Of a DNA stretch of 64,000 nt, positions 1 to 10,950 are shown in pieces (the stretch's first letter is position 1; every line of letters begins with the position of its first letter). The stretch covers positions 1-64,000 of the forward strand of contig CBDBZY010000013.1 in the NCBI GenBank assembly GCA_965213685.1. Reading direction: 5' to 3'. A model generated the notes under the pieces. It saw only the letters and a program-made list of their open reading frames with translations, did not search any database and had not been told where the DNA came from. Made by a program: the position numbers and the translations under genes. This DNA comes from a bacterium. Lineage in GTDB: Bacteria > UBA8248.

Positions 1-105
1 CACGATCGCGATGGCCTAGAACACCGCTGGCGGCACCGTCGTCGCAAGCAGGAGTCAGAAGCCTCCAATCGGCATACTTTTTGATTCCTTGTAGAGAGGA
101 CTTGA

Positions 106-816
106 ATGATGAAAATAGCAACAATTCTTACCGCACTGATCGCCGGCCTGGGTGCCGGCAACAGCGCCTGGGCAAACCTCATTACGAACGGTAGCTTCGA
201 GGACAACAGTGGCTCGCTGACAGCGTTCGACGACTGGACCATCGTGACCTACACTTCTACGTTTACTATAGGTAATAACCCACCAACTGCGCAGACTGGA
301 ATCTGGCGGGCTGAAACTAATCGTGGATTGATCACTGGGCCTCAGGATGGCACTTACTTCGCAAGTCAGTCAAAGAATGCCCCCGCATACTTCTACCAGA
401 CCTTCGCGACCACCTCGGGCGTAGAGTACGACCTGTCGTTCTACGCCGCACGCCCGAACACTAATGGTGCCGCCAACTACTTTGTGGACGTCGATGTCTT
501 CAGTGGCGCCGTCAACCCCGACCCCGAAGTCGGGGCAACGGCATCCGGCGACCTGCTGGACGCGACCGTCGAGGATGGTGATGTTGCGAACGGTAGCTGG
601 GTTCAGTTTGAGTACCAGTTCACCGCCACTTCGAGCCAGACGACGCTGCGTTTCTCGGACTTCAACGGCGCCAACGCCTCCGAACCAATATACGTCGGCA
701 CTAGTGGTGTTGACCCCGGGATCGACAACGTGGTCGTCTCCGAAGTCCCCGAGCCCGGTTCGCTCGCGCTGCTGGGAATAGGCGGTCTGCTGATCGCCCG
801 ACGCCGCCGTGGCTAA
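106..816 (+). CDS. PEP-CTERM exported protein with DUF642-like/carbohydrate-binding beta-sandwich
   Basis: Signal peptide; NLITNGSFE and YQTFAT..G..YDLSF motifs; C-terminal VPEPGSLALLGIGGLLIARRRRG. Confidence 0.85.
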   Translation: MMKIATILTALIAGLGAGNSAWANLITNGSFEDNSGSLTAFDDWTIVTYTSTFTIGNNPPTAQTGIWRAETNRGLITGPQDGTYFASQSKNAPAYFYQTFATTSGVEYDLSFYAARPNTNGAANYFVDVDVFSGAVNPDPEVGATASGDLLDATVEDGDVANGSWVQFEYQFTATSSQTTLRFSDFNGANASEPIYVGTSGVDPGIDNVVVSEVPEPGSLALLGIGGLLIARRRRG

Positions 817-987
817 GTAGCGCACCGCAGCCGCCGCGTCACCACGCGGGGGGGCGGACAAGTGTCGTGGATCGACCACCCGGGCGTAGCCCGACGGCTG
901 AGACACCGTGTAAACACAACACGATTCTCCCCGTCGCCTCGTCGAGAGGCGAGGCAGCGATTTTCAGACCCCTTCTGTTTTAACAGA

Positions 988-2083
988 ATGAAAATGATGC
1001 GACTTTTGTCTTTCACAGCGGCTAGCGTTGTTGCCGTCGCCTCCCTGGTGCCGCAAACCGCACACGCCGATGACGGCCCCGTGCAGGTCTTTATCCTCGC
1101 CGGCCAGTCCAACATGGTCGGCAGCGGCGGCAAGACCGACTATGGCCGAAACCCCGCGGGGGGCTCAAACATCTACGGCGGGATCGGCAGCCTCCGCTGG
1201 TTCGTCAACAACGAGGCCGCGACCTTCGGCTACGGCGGGACCGATGCACTGGTTGACATCAACGGCGACTTCCTCACCCGCAGCGATGTCCAGATCTATT
1301 CACACATCGAAGTTACCCAGGATGCCAGCCCCGATGGGTTGTCCGACGGCACCATGCGCAGCGGAGATCTCGACGTTGGCTATGGTAGAGTCAACGGGGC
1401 CGGCGGCGAGCACTGGATCGGGCCCCGAGTACGGCATGGGCATGGCCATGGGTAAGGCCATGGATCAGGATGTGCTTTTCATCAAGGTCGCGACCGGCGG
1501 CACTGCGCTGGAAGACAGCTGGCGGTCGCCCACGGCCGTGGCGAACCGCGGCGGCGATGTGGGCTACATGTGGACCCACATGAACGACACCGTCAGCGAC
1601 GTCCTTGCGAATATCGATACCGAGTTTCCTGGGTACGCGGGCCGGGGCTACGAAGTCGCCGGCTTTGCCTGGCACCAGGGCTTTAACGATCTCGTGACAG
1701 ACGATTGGGAAGACAAATACCAGGACAACCTGACCGACTTTATCGCGGATGTCCGTAGTGAGTACGGCGCGGACCTGCCTTTTGTGATCGGTACGACCGC
1801 GATGTTCGATGCGACGAAGCCGGCCAACACCGTCGAACTGGCACAAATCGCCATCGGCGCGGCCGACCCGCTGACCACGACCGTCGACACCGGTGTGTTC
1901 TGGCGCGATGCCGCGGATAGCCCGAGTCAGAACGGTAGCCACTGGAACCACAACGGGATGACGCACTACGAGATCGGCACCGCGATGGGCGACGCGATGG
2001 TCACCTTGGTCCCAGAGCCACATTCGCTGATGATACTTCTGCTTGGTGGCGCCACCTTGTTTGTACGCAATCGCCGCCGCTAA
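988..2083 (+). CDS. Sialate O-acetylesterase (SASA/SGNH) family PEP-CTERM protein, frameshifted at ~1423-1426
   Basis: AGQSNM in frame 862; GPEYG, KVATGG, WHQG and VPEP..RNRRR in frame 1028; one extra C in a C4 run joins the two frames. Confidence 0.8.
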
Positions 2084-2689
2084 CGGATTGATTTGCCTGC
2101 GCGCGGTTGCTCGGTTCACGCCGAGCGGCCGCTTTATGAAACGCGACGCCACCTCTAACGTTTGCGCCTGCAGCTATGTAGGGGCTTGTCAATTTGTGTT
2201 GGATCAGTGAATGGCTTGTTGGAGATTGAGTATTTGGCCAACTCTGGACAGAAACACCAGGATTGCGCTTCGGGTCTTGGTAGTGGGATCCAGTCAGCGC
2301 GTCGGTTGAGTTGGCTAACCCAGCAAGGCGAGAATTGACTCGCGTCACGCAGTCGCAACCCATGGCCGTTCGTTATGGGCAACTCGTGGGGGGGTGTTCG
2401 CGTTAGTGAGTGACTGCTCAGACTGCGGCAGAAATGCAGGGCGCCGAAAAATCTCTTGCACGCCGCGTGCGATAACCCCTTACTCAGAAGCAGGTTATCT
2501 CTGTGGCGGCCAAAAGAGATTGGATTCTGTGAGTTTTCTGCGTGAAAATCGGGCTGCCAGGCGGAAATCTTCGTAACTGCCGATGCCGCGTTGCCGATTC
2601 CCAGCCTGTTTCGTCTGGCGACTACGCAAGGGTGCCGTATCGATCATCTGCCCAATGCAATCGAAACTTCGCGGCTCACCGCGCTCACG

Positions 2690-3214
2690 ATGAAACAACC
2701 AAACCGGCAAGACGAGTTCGCGGATCTGATGCGCGACGACTATCGCCGCATTTTCGCGTACGTGCTCTCGCTGGTTCACCATTTCGACGACGCCCAAGAC
2801 ATCGTGCAGGAAACGTCGCAAACTCTGTGGGAGAAGTTCGACGAGTATGATCCGTCACGGCCGTTTTGCAATTGGGCATTCGGCGTCGCGCGGCTTAAGG
2901 CGCTGCAGCACCTCGAGAAGGTGAAGCGCCGCAAAGAGAGCTTTCAGCCCGATGTGGTTGCTCGGCTGGCCGAGTTGATGGACCAGCGGCCTGCTGTCCA
3001 CGAAAAGTCGCGACTCGACGCGATGCGCACCTGCGAGACCAAGCTTACCGAGGCGCAGCGGGCATTGTTAAAGGCCTGTTACGACGGCACCAGGTCGGTG
3101 CGCGAAGTCGCCCAGTCGCTGGGGCGGCCTCCCAGCAGCGTTCATAACTCGCTGGGCCGCATTCGGATGAGATTGCTGGAATGTATCGACCGCACCCTGG
3201 CCGAGGACGATTGA
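2690..3214 (+). CDS. ECF RNA polymerase sigma-70 factor
   Basis: DAQDIVQET, LWEKFDEYDPSRPFCNW (region 2), SVREVAQSLG HTH (region 4). Confidence 0.9.
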   Translation: MKQPNRQDEFADLMRDDYRRIFAYVLSLVHHFDDAQDIVQETSQTLWEKFDEYDPSRPFCNWAFGVARLKALQHLEKVKRRKESFQPDVVARLAELMDQRPAVHEKSRLDAMRTCETKLTEAQRALLKACYDGTRSVREVAQSLGRPPSSVHNSLGRIRMRLLECIDRTLAEDD

Positions 3215-3218
3215 TTCG

Positions 3219-5114
3219 ATGGCTGGCCGACCGGTACTCAACGACGATGCCCGCACGCTGATCGAGAAGGCAGTGCGGGATCAACTTGCGCCAGCCGACA
3301 GGGAGCGGCTGGAGCAATTGCTGCTCGAGTCCGACGATGTGGCGGAAGCCTACCTCGATTATTTCCAGCTCGAAACCGATCTGCATTTGCTAGGTTACGA
3401 AGAGCGGTTTCTCGACCACATCGACGACGTTGTGGCCGCTGCCACGCAGTGCGGCCTCACAGTCGCCCAGCGACGCTTTGGCACGCGCGCGGTCGCGCTG
3501 GTGCCGCGGTCGTTTTCGCACCGTCTGTCACGGGCCTTCGCGAATACCATCACACCAGAGCGGCATCCGTTCAACTACGGCCTGTTCTGTATGGCCTGCC
3601 TGCTGGTGTGCATTTTCGGCTTCTTTGTCCTCATCACGCCCAACTGGTGGGGCGACCCGGAGTACATCGCCGAGGTGCTCAGCGACGACGATCACGATGA
3701 ATACGCCGACGGGTTTCGGCTGTCGCCGTATGTGGCTCGCGTTACCGGCCGCAGTGCCGATCGTGAGTGGGCGCCGAGCCAGCGAAGCCTCGGGCCACAT
3801 GCGCACCTGCGGCGGGGGCAGGTACTCCGTGTTGCGTCGGGCCTTCTGCAGATTACACATAAAGATGGCGGGGAGGTCATCTTGGAGGGTCCGGCGCAAT
3901 ATCGAGTCACTAGCCGCGGGGCCGGGGAGTTGGAAGAGGGCCGCCTGACCGTGCGGGGCATTGCCGGCTTCCAGATCTTCACCGACGAGCTGGTCGTAAC
4001 CGACCTGGGTACAGAGTTCGGCGTGGCGGTCGACGCCGACGGCACTTGCGATGTGCAGGTGTTCGAGGGCACCGTGCAGGCCAACTTAACGCGCAGCGGC
4101 CGGGAGAGCTTGCCGATCCGGCTCGCCGCCAATGAAGCGGTTCGGTTCGACGCTCGCACGCAGCAAGTTCAGCGGCGGCCTCCTGGCAATCACTTTGTGC
4201 GGCGATTGCCCGCGCGGCCCGTTTTAGAGGCTCCGCCGGTGCAGGCGGGGCCATCGCAGCCGGTACGGGTGGCTGGGTCAGCTATCACGGTCGACGCCAC
4301 CGATCAGTTCATCCTCCAGGCGGCCCGCGGTCTGCAAGCGGTGGAAGATCTGAGCTTCGACGCGGCCGGGGCCGACAAGCTGGTGGTGGTCCTCTCGACC
4401 GAGAACGCCAGCAACCACGGCAACGGAGAAATTGTTGCTGTGCGGTACAACGGCCGCCCATTGGCCCTGCTCGTAGAGTCGAAGGTCGACCGCGGCTCCG
4501 CGGAGATCTGGTATCTCGATGATCCTGGCTCGATCGGCCAGGGCACAATCGAGGTCGAGGCCGTAAACCCCAATGGAGGCATCGGCGCCGCTTACGCGTT
4601 GTCCAACACGCAGGCGGGAGCAGGGGGAGCTACCGGCACTGCCGCGGGCGATTCTGTGGCTAGCGTGAGTCTGGCCGCATCGGCCGCCGATTCCCTGGTG
4701 ATTGCGGTGCTCAATAATTCCGGCCAACCCAACGCGTCCGGCACGCCGACCGCCTATGTGCCGCTGACGCAAGTGAGCAGCGGTTTCTGGGGCGGCCAGT
4801 GGGGCGGGCACGCCTCGGGCTACCAGCCGGCTGCCGTGGCGGGCCGCGTAACAAGCTGGTTCACAACCAACACGGGGGCAGGTTACAGCATTAACCTCGT
4901 GGCCGCGGAGTTCCTGTCTCAGCCGGGCGCCACGATCGCGGTCCCTGCTGAAGAAGAAACGCCGGCCGCCGCCGAGCCTGCCGATGACGCCCCCGCAGCA
5001 TCGAAACCGATCCATGCGAACCAAGCGATTCATCGCCGCACTGGGCATCCTCTTCGTGCTGGCGGCGGCGGTCTATGGCCGGGGCCTGTTCGGGCAGCGA
5101 GGCTCGACGGCTGA
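3219..5114 (+). CDS. FecR-domain anti-sigma factor with extracytoplasmic beta-rich domain (3' end uncertain)
   Basis: TM helix, VILEGPAQY, VTDLGTEFGVAV..VFEG FecR motifs; directly after the ECF sigma; tail overlaps next ORF. Confidence 0.8.
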   Translation: MAGRPVLNDDARTLIEKAVRDQLAPADRERLEQLLLESDDVAEAYLDYFQLETDLHLLGYEERFLDHIDDVVAAATQCGLTVAQRRFGTRAVALVPRSFSHRLSRAFANTITPERHPFNYGLFCMACLLVCIFGFFVLITPNWWGDPEYIAEVLSDDDHDEYADGFRLSPYVARVTGRSADREWAPSQRSLGPHAHLRRGQVLRVASGLLQITHKDGGEVILEGPAQYRVTSRGAGELEEGRLTVRGIAGFQIFTDELVVTDLGTEFGVAVDADGTCDVQVFEGTVQANLTRSGRESLPIRLAANEAVRFDARTQQVQRRPPGNHFVRRLPARPVLEAPPVQAGPSQPVRVAGSAITVDATDQFILQAARGLQAVEDLSFDAAGADKLVVVLSTENASNHGNGEIVAVRYNGRPLALLVESKVDRGSAEIWYLDDPGSIGQGTIEVEAVNPNGGIGAAYALSNTQAGAGGATGTAAGDSVASVSLAASAADSLVIAVLNNSGQPNASGTPTAYVPLTQVSSGFWGGQWGGHASGYQPAAVAGRVTSWFTTNTGAGYSINLVAAEFLSQPGATIAVPAEEETPAAAEPADDAPAASKPIHANQAIHRRTGHPLRAGGGGLWPGPVRAARLDG

Positions 5115-5388
5115 TGCTCTGGGGGAGCAAGCGCTTACCGCGCCGTCGGTCGAGCAGCAGGAACAGGCCGCTGCCGAAATGATCGCGCTGGGCGCTGCCG
5201 TCGTGGCCGCCTCCCGCATGTTGGGCCGCGACTATGGCCTGGGGCCAAATATGCCCGCGGCGGAGCGAGCGCGGCTGGTCGCCCTGATGCGCAAAGAATG
5301 GGACGACCTGCAAGGGACCGAATTGCTTGAAGACATGATCCACCGTATGCACCAATGCACCGGCAAGAACAACCTCCCGCCTAGATAG
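5014..5388 (+). CDS. Small membrane-anchored hypothetical protein
   Basis: MRTKRFIAALGILFVLAAAVY N-terminal hydrophobic segment; operonic position. Confidence 0.5.
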   Translation: MRTKRFIAALGILFVLAAAVYGRGLFGQRGSTADALGEQALTAPSVEQQEQAAAEMIALGAAVVAASRMLGRDYGLGPNMPAAERARLVALMRKEWDDLQGTELLEDMIHRMHQCTGKNNLPPR

Positions 5389-5398
5389 AAACAACGCC

Positions 5399-6358
5399 AT
5401 GCGCGAGAACTGGCAACGACTCGGCATTTCCCATTCCGCAGCCCGCATTCCGAATTCCGCACGCGGTTTTACGCTGGTAGAGCTGCTGGTGGTGATCGCC
5501 ATCATCGGCATCCTGGTAGCGCTGCTCTTGCCGGCCGTGCAGGCGGCACGCGAGGCGGCGCGGCGGATCGAGTGCGCCAACAATCTGAAGCAAATCGCCT
5601 TGGCGATCCATACCTACGATACGAACTTTGGTATGTTGCCGGCCAATGGTGGAAGGACGGACGGCATCCAATCGAAAGACAAAAGCTGGATGGTATGGAT
5701 CCTGCCGTTCATCGAGCAAAGGAATCTGTATGACTCAATCGAGTGGGATGAGCCGCTGGGGCATCCGACGAACAGGCAGATCGCCAAGACGGTTATTCCC
5801 ACCTTTCTCTGCCCCTCCGACAGCAACGGCAAGGGGCTGATGAACCATCGCGATCTGAATCACGACGCCGAATTCTGGGCCGTTCAGAACTACAAGGCGG
5901 TCGGCGGCAGCAATTGGGGTTGGGGAACGTTTCAACACGCCGCTACGTCGGGCCGTTTCGCCGGCGACCGCAACGGGCTTCAGCGCGGCAACGGGATCAT
6001 CTGCGCTGGCCACCGCGGCGCGGTACTAACCCGATCGGCGCATATACGCGATGGGCTCAGCAACACCTTCGCCGTTGGTGAGGCGGTACCCGCCTGGTGC
6101 GACCACACCATGTGGTGGCACTACAACTCAACGACCGCAACGTGCGCCATTCCGCTGAACTACCAGGTACCCGGCAAGGATCTGGAGGCAAATTTCAGCG
6201 ACTGGGCCCATAACTATTCGTTCATGAGCCGCCACTCCGGCGGAGGGCAGTTCGCCATGTGCGACGGCAGCGTTCACTTTGTGGCCGAAGCGATCGATCT
6301 GGCGCTGTACCGTGACCTGGCGACGATTTCGGGAGCAGAGGTCGTGACGCTTCCTTAA
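5399..6358 (+). CDS. DUF1559 prepilin-type N-terminal cleavage/methylation protein
   Basis: RGFTLVELLVVIAIIGILVALLLPAVQAAREAARR..C.NNLKQ; CPSD; DGLSNT; H-x9-DG (SRHSGGGQFAMCDGSV). Confidence 0.95.
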   Translation: MRENWQRLGISHSAARIPNSARGFTLVELLVVIAIIGILVALLLPAVQAAREAARRIECANNLKQIALAIHTYDTNFGMLPANGGRTDGIQSKDKSWMVWILPFIEQRNLYDSIEWDEPLGHPTNRQIAKTVIPTFLCPSDSNGKGLMNHRDLNHDAEFWAVQNYKAVGGSNWGWGTFQHAATSGRFAGDRNGLQRGNGIICAGHRGAVLTRSAHIRDGLSNTFAVGEAVPAWCDHTMWWHYNSTTATCAIPLNYQVPGKDLEANFSDWAHNYSFMSRHSGGGQFAMCDGSVHFVAEAIDLALYRDLATISGAEVVTLP

Positions 6359-6379
6359 TGCCGGGACCGACCGTGACCT

Positions 6380-6829
6380 TTGGCAATGCACATGACGCTA
6401 AGTCTCTCCAATCGCCTCGAGCTCCCCATTGCCGTGTTCGCAGCGTTGCTGCTGACTGGTTGCGGTGAGTCGCCCCCGGCAACGGTCGAGGTTACCGGCC
6501 AAGTGCTTCTTGATGGAGAGCCGTGCGAAGCTGCGATGGTCATGTTTCAACCGGCGTCTGGGCGCCCTGCCACGGGGCGCACTGACGGCGACGGCCGATT
6601 CACCCTGACGACGTTCAGCGACGGAGATGGCGCAGTGCCCGGAGAGCACGTTGTGGTCGTTACACCCTTCGTCAACGAGTCGCTGGAGATGGAAGAGGTG
6701 CTCGCCGACAACGCGGGCGCAGACGACTCTTATATTCCTGAGCACTATCAAGCCGCCGCGACTTCGCCCTTGCGGGCAACAGTCGGCAGAGAGGGAGATA
6801 ACGGCTTTGTCTTTGAGTTGGCGCGGTAG
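6380..6829 (+). CDS. Lipoprotein, carboxypeptidase-regulatory-like domain (typical DUF1559 partner)
   Basis: Lipobox LTGC; VTGQVLLDGEP, GRTDGDGRFTL, GAVPGEH, IPEHY. Confidence 0.85.
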   Translation: MAMHMTLSLSNRLELPIAVFAALLLTGCGESPPATVEVTGQVLLDGEPCEAAMVMFQPASGRPATGRTDGDGRFTLTTFSDGDGAVPGEHVVVVTPFVNESLEMEEVLADNAGADDSYIPEHYQAAATSPLRATVGREGDNGFVFELAR

Positions 6830-7566
6830 TTGCTTCGACGGCAACGATGCAACGAAACGAGCATACTGCACGTGACCTCCTCCCCTAAACCTGCTCCGCC
6901 GTCCCGCCACTCTGCATGTGAGCCACCTCCACCGTAATGCACGTTCAGAATCGGCAACGTCCCGCCGCGCAGCGTCGTGGGACTGCATGATCCTAGGCTG
7001 CGTAGTGGCAGTCGGCTCGCACCGCACCGGAGAAGCGAGAGCACTTTAGGAGAGTCCGGAACTGGGCGCGCTGGATGGGTTGGCTGCACTTCCTCGACCA
7101 GGGACGAGACTACTGGCTGACCGCTGGGCACGGACACGTGGAACGTGACATTCTGGCGTAAGTACAAATGAGGACGTGTCATTGGTGGGCGCGTCAGGAT
7201 GACGTCAGACGGTTCGTCCTTGGGCACTTAGCGGGAGCGCTGCAGGAGTGCAGATTGACCCACTCGTGCACAACCCTCTTGGCAACCACCCTGTTTTGCG
7301 AATGACGCAAGTGCCGTTGGCGGAGAAAACCGTCGAGTTCGAGTGCTTTTTGGGACCATGCTGAACGCAACCAACCCACTACGGAATCTCGCAGCTTCGG
7401 TTAGCAGGAAATGGCGCGACGGCTGGTATGTAGAATACGCTTCCTTGCGGCTGCGAAACTGCGATCTAGTTGATCTACTTTCCCCAGCCTTAAAGGCAGA
7501 AAGCCAGAGCCACTTATGCAGCTATGGCTTGTTCTCCGCCTTCCACGTTGCTGCTCCTGGATCTCA

Positions 7567-8880
7567 TCAAAACAGTAGGATCGCATCGAATCCCATCACA
7601 AACTGGGTATCGTCGGTCCCGTCATCAAAGGGCAAAACGGCGGCAGGTCCATTGTACCAGTCGGCACGCACTTCGGGCCGCAAAATGAAGTTGTCATTCG
7701 GAGTCCAATTCACACCCAGCGATACCGAATAGAAGTTGCCTGCAAAGGGCGGGTCGTTGAGGTTGCTAGGACGATTCAACCCGACCCGCGTTCCCTCTTC
7801 ATCGCGGAACCACTCGAATCTCAATCCGGCCTTCCAGCAATCGTTGATTGTGTAGTAGAGGTACTGGTCGACACCGTACCAGTCGGCTCGCCCGCCGTCC
7901 GCAGCCCCGTCCTCCTGAAATCCGAGCCAATGGTGGAAGACGTACTCCATTCGACAGGTCACCGGTAGGCTCACGATCCAACTGTAGCGCGTGCGGTTCG
8001 TGTAACCAGACGTTAGAGCAACACTCGCCGGATCGTTGAACTCCTTGCCCGTCGTGATGGCGAACGAGGTCCAGGCGTCGCTACAAGGAGACTCATACTT
8101 GACCTTACCAATCAGACCCACGTCGTCGCTGGGGCGGTCGAAGGCATCCCAGCCGTTGTGTATGCCCAGTTGAAGTGTCCAGCAGCTATTGGGACTCCAG
8201 TTCATTTGCGCGCCCCAGTGTGTAAACGGGCCGGCGAACTGATAGCTGAGCGACTTGCTATAAAAGAAGTTGTCAGGCCCCATCAGGCCTTCGTAACCGA
8301 CGATTGAATAGAAGTGACCAACTTGGAGAGAGAGCTGCTGACTGCCGGCAGTAACGTACGCCTGCGGGAAGGCAAAGCCATAGTACTCGCGATTCCAATG
8401 GGCAGTACCGTCGGTTCGTTTCTCGATGCCGATTGACTCCGCCAGAAAATAGTCCTCGCCGTAGAGCAAGTCGATCCGCCCGCCCAGGCCCCAGCAGCAG
8501 GCGGGCAGGTTCTTTTCGCCGACCAGGTAGATCTGATTCAGCATCGCTTCGTTGCTGCGATCGACTGCGTTGTACGGCCCGTTGAACTGACTGGCAGGGT
8601 CGGATGTGTTGCCCAAGAAGCCACCGTCGATCCAGCCGTAGACATTGAAACCACATTCGCACTGGGGAAAGAGATACCAGCGACCGCAAGGCTGCCAGCA
8701 GCATTCGCAACACGACGAGAGACAGTCGCAGGAACTCGCACTGCAATCGGCTCCCGTCATTTCGACAAGCGACACAGAACTCGCGTTCGTATCCGCGAGA
8801 GCTTCAGTCGCAGCAAAAAGGAACATGGCGACGGCACAGAGGGCAAAGATTCGCACGGGAACAAGCTCCTTCGAAGGCAA
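7567..8880 (-). CDS. Outer-membrane beta-barrel porin (BBP2/DUF1597-like)
   Basis: Signal peptide, Cys-rich linker, NQIYL, GHFYSIVGYE, RPEVRADW, C-terminal Phe. Confidence 0.85.
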   Translation of the reverse strand: MPSKELVPVRIFALCAVAMFLFAATEALADTNASSVSLVEMTGADCSASSCDCLSSCCECCWQPCGRWYLFPQCECGFNVYGWIDGGFLGNTSDPASQFNGPYNAVDRSNEAMLNQIYLVGEKNLPACCWGLGGRIDLLYGEDYFLAESIGIEKRTDGTAHWNREYYGFAFPQAYVTAGSQQLSLQVGHFYSIVGYEGLMGPDNFFYSKSLSYQFAGPFTHWGAQMNWSPNSCWTLQLGIHNGWDAFDRPSDDVGLIGKVKYESPCSDAWTSFAITTGKEFNDPASVALTSGYTNRTRYSWIVSLPVTCRMEYVFHHWLGFQEDGAADGGRADWYGVDQYLYYTINDCWKAGLRFEWFRDEEGTRVGLNRPSNLNDPPFAGNFYSVSLGVNWTPNDNFILRPEVRADWYNGPAAVLPFDDGTDDTQFVMGFDAILLF

Positions 8881-9321
8881 CTGGATACGCCTAGCATCGC
8901 GTCGGCAGCAATAGACTCCTCTCCACGTACATCGGTTCTGAGGTAAGGCACCACCCAGCCGATGAGTTCAAATGAAGCGACGTAGCCGCTGTGAGTAGCG
9001 CGCAGGAGTTGCCTTTGTGATATTTGGTCCGACCAGCAAAGTCTTCCCGGCCGTCGAACTTGACTCAAATTCATATCGTTGCGACTGAATATGGTCGTAA
9101 CCTGGTGTTGACGGCGGTCCAGAACGGTGCCGCCGGACGCGTGCGCCACTCTCCCCAACATGGCTCGCAAGGGCAACTGACGGCGTGGCTCCGTCTCGGA
9201 CGCACGCGCATCGTAGCCGGCCAAGTTGATTCCCGAGCATAAGTCGGATGTCACAGCCGGGGAAACTGTATCCAGTAGACGAGCTTGAGCCCCAGGCCGG
9301 CGCGCCGCAGGCTGGGAACAT

Positions 9322-9750
9322 CGCTAACTGCTTGCGTAGCCTATCAAAGTCTGTGACAGCCAAGTCTTCGACCAGACACGACTTGTCAATTGCTTCGATT
9401 AGCTTCTCACACGAAGTGTGGTAGTCGTCGAAGCTGCGCTGGACGATCTCGCCATTGTCGACCAGCTGTTGCTTGGCCGTGAGAAAGTGGTTGGCGAGGT
9501 CTCGCACGGTTAGTCCGCCCCGGTGTTCAGGCGGTGTGCGGCCCGCAAGCAAATCATCCTTTTCGTCTAGCCACTTGTTCAGCGCTGCGTCGGGATCGTC
9601 CCACAGCCCGAATTAGTGGAGCTTGCCCCGCACCTTCTTCGCCCACTGGCCATTGGCATGGGCGAACAGCGGGAAGTCTTTGTGGGGCTTGGACGGCTTG
9701 TTTGCTGCGGGTTTTCGCTCGCGTTTGCCCGCGTTAGACTGTTGGGTCAC
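9322..9750 (-). pseudogene. N-terminal fragment of a planctomycete-type phage integrase
   Basis: [43 protein letters not shown]; internal TAA at 9613-9615; no catalytic domain. Confidence 0.7.
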
Positions 9751-9906
9751 TTCTGGGCCTGAAGAGGAGAGTAGATTTAGGAGATGGGATGAGGCGTCAG
9801 GCAGGCCCCGTATCCGGAATTCAGAGGCAAGCAGACGTCGAGGTGTCGAGGCAGTTTTTCATGCTAATCAATGAATTCGTTCTAGCACTATAATTCAAGT
9901 GTAAAG

Positions 9907-9979
9907 GCCCCCTTAGCTCAATTGGCAGAGCAACGGACTCTTAATCCGTAGGTCCTAGGTTCGATCCCTAGAGGGGGCA
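9907..9979 (+). tRNA. tRNA-Lys (CTT)
   Basis: Acceptor GCCCCCT/AGGGGGC; anticodon arm ACGGA-CTCTTAA-TCCGT; T-loop GGTTCGATCC; CCA not encoded. Confidence 0.95.
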
Positions 9980-9993
9980 CTGATAACCTCTTA

Positions 9994-10950
9994 TCACACC
10001 GCCTCTTGCGGTGTTGCCTGACAATCGCCTATAGACGGATTGGGGCCGGTGTTACCGTGGGTGTTACCTAAGGCTTGCCAAAGTACGTCTGCGGTGTCCT
10101 CGCTAGCGAGATCAACGTAGAACCGCAAAGTTGTCGCGGCGTCAGCGTGCCTCATCGTTTGCCGTAAGACTGGCGTCGTTACCCGCGATGCCCATCGGGT
10201 GCCGAAACTCCTCCGCAAGTCGTGGGGCGCTCGCATACTTGATCTTGCCGCAATTGGGATCGGTGCGGACCTTTACGCCTGCCGCCTCGCCTATTGCACA
10301 GATGACCTTGCTGGCTCGATCCTTCGTTGGCCTGCGGCCTCGGTAGCCTGCCGGGTTGAACACCGGGCCGGTCCGCTGATCTTCGGGAACTGCGAGCAGG
10401 AACTCGACGAACTCGGGCGCGATCGGGCAGGTGGCATCTTCGTTGCTCTTTTGTAGCTCCGCTGGGATGCGGAACACGGGTCGGCGTGCGCCGAGGTCGG
10501 GCACGATCTTGCCGTCATCGTCCCAGTAGAGGTCGAGACTCTCGCTCAATCTCAAACCGCTTAGCCACAGACCGCGGAGAAAGTACTCCCACGATGGCGT
10601 GGCCTTTCTCGCCTGCTCGACGGCGTGGTCTGTCGGTTCACCTTTACGCCGGCTGCTGGCAAGGATGCCGGCGGTGATCTTGTCGATCATCCGGTCGAAA
10701 CTCCTCGGCGGTGATGGGCCGCCCCTTCATCCGTTTCTGCTGCTTGGCCCGCTTCGGCCGTTTGATCTTCGGCAGTTCGTCCAACATGCCCCAGTCAACT
10801 GCAAAGACGAGCGCGGCTCGGAGGTGCGCTAAGTGGCCCGCAACCGTTGCCTCGGCCCGGTGGGTCGTTTCGCCGTTACGATCTTCGGCCCTCAGTTGTG
10901 ATGCAAAGTAGCTGATCCGGCGAGATGTCAGGTCACGCATCCGCTGCGGG
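9994..10950 (-). mobile_element. Tyrosine recombinase/integrase, 5'-truncated, with two frameshifts
   Basis: SGLRLSE (Arg I), HDLRRSFG, MRHAD..TTLRFY spread over three frames; ends just 3' of the tRNA. Confidence 0.8.

Noticed and set aside
6830-7560. Possible gene or ncRNA in a ~730-bp gap
   Set aside because: Only short motif-less ORFs and no convincing structure; cannot be supported
9613-9615. Stop-codon recoding in the integrase fragment
   Set aside because: TAA at a probable Tyr codon in an already truncated gene; ordinary decay
9322-10950. Intact prophage or ICE
   Set aside because: Only integrase fragments; no structural, replication or conjugation genes in the window
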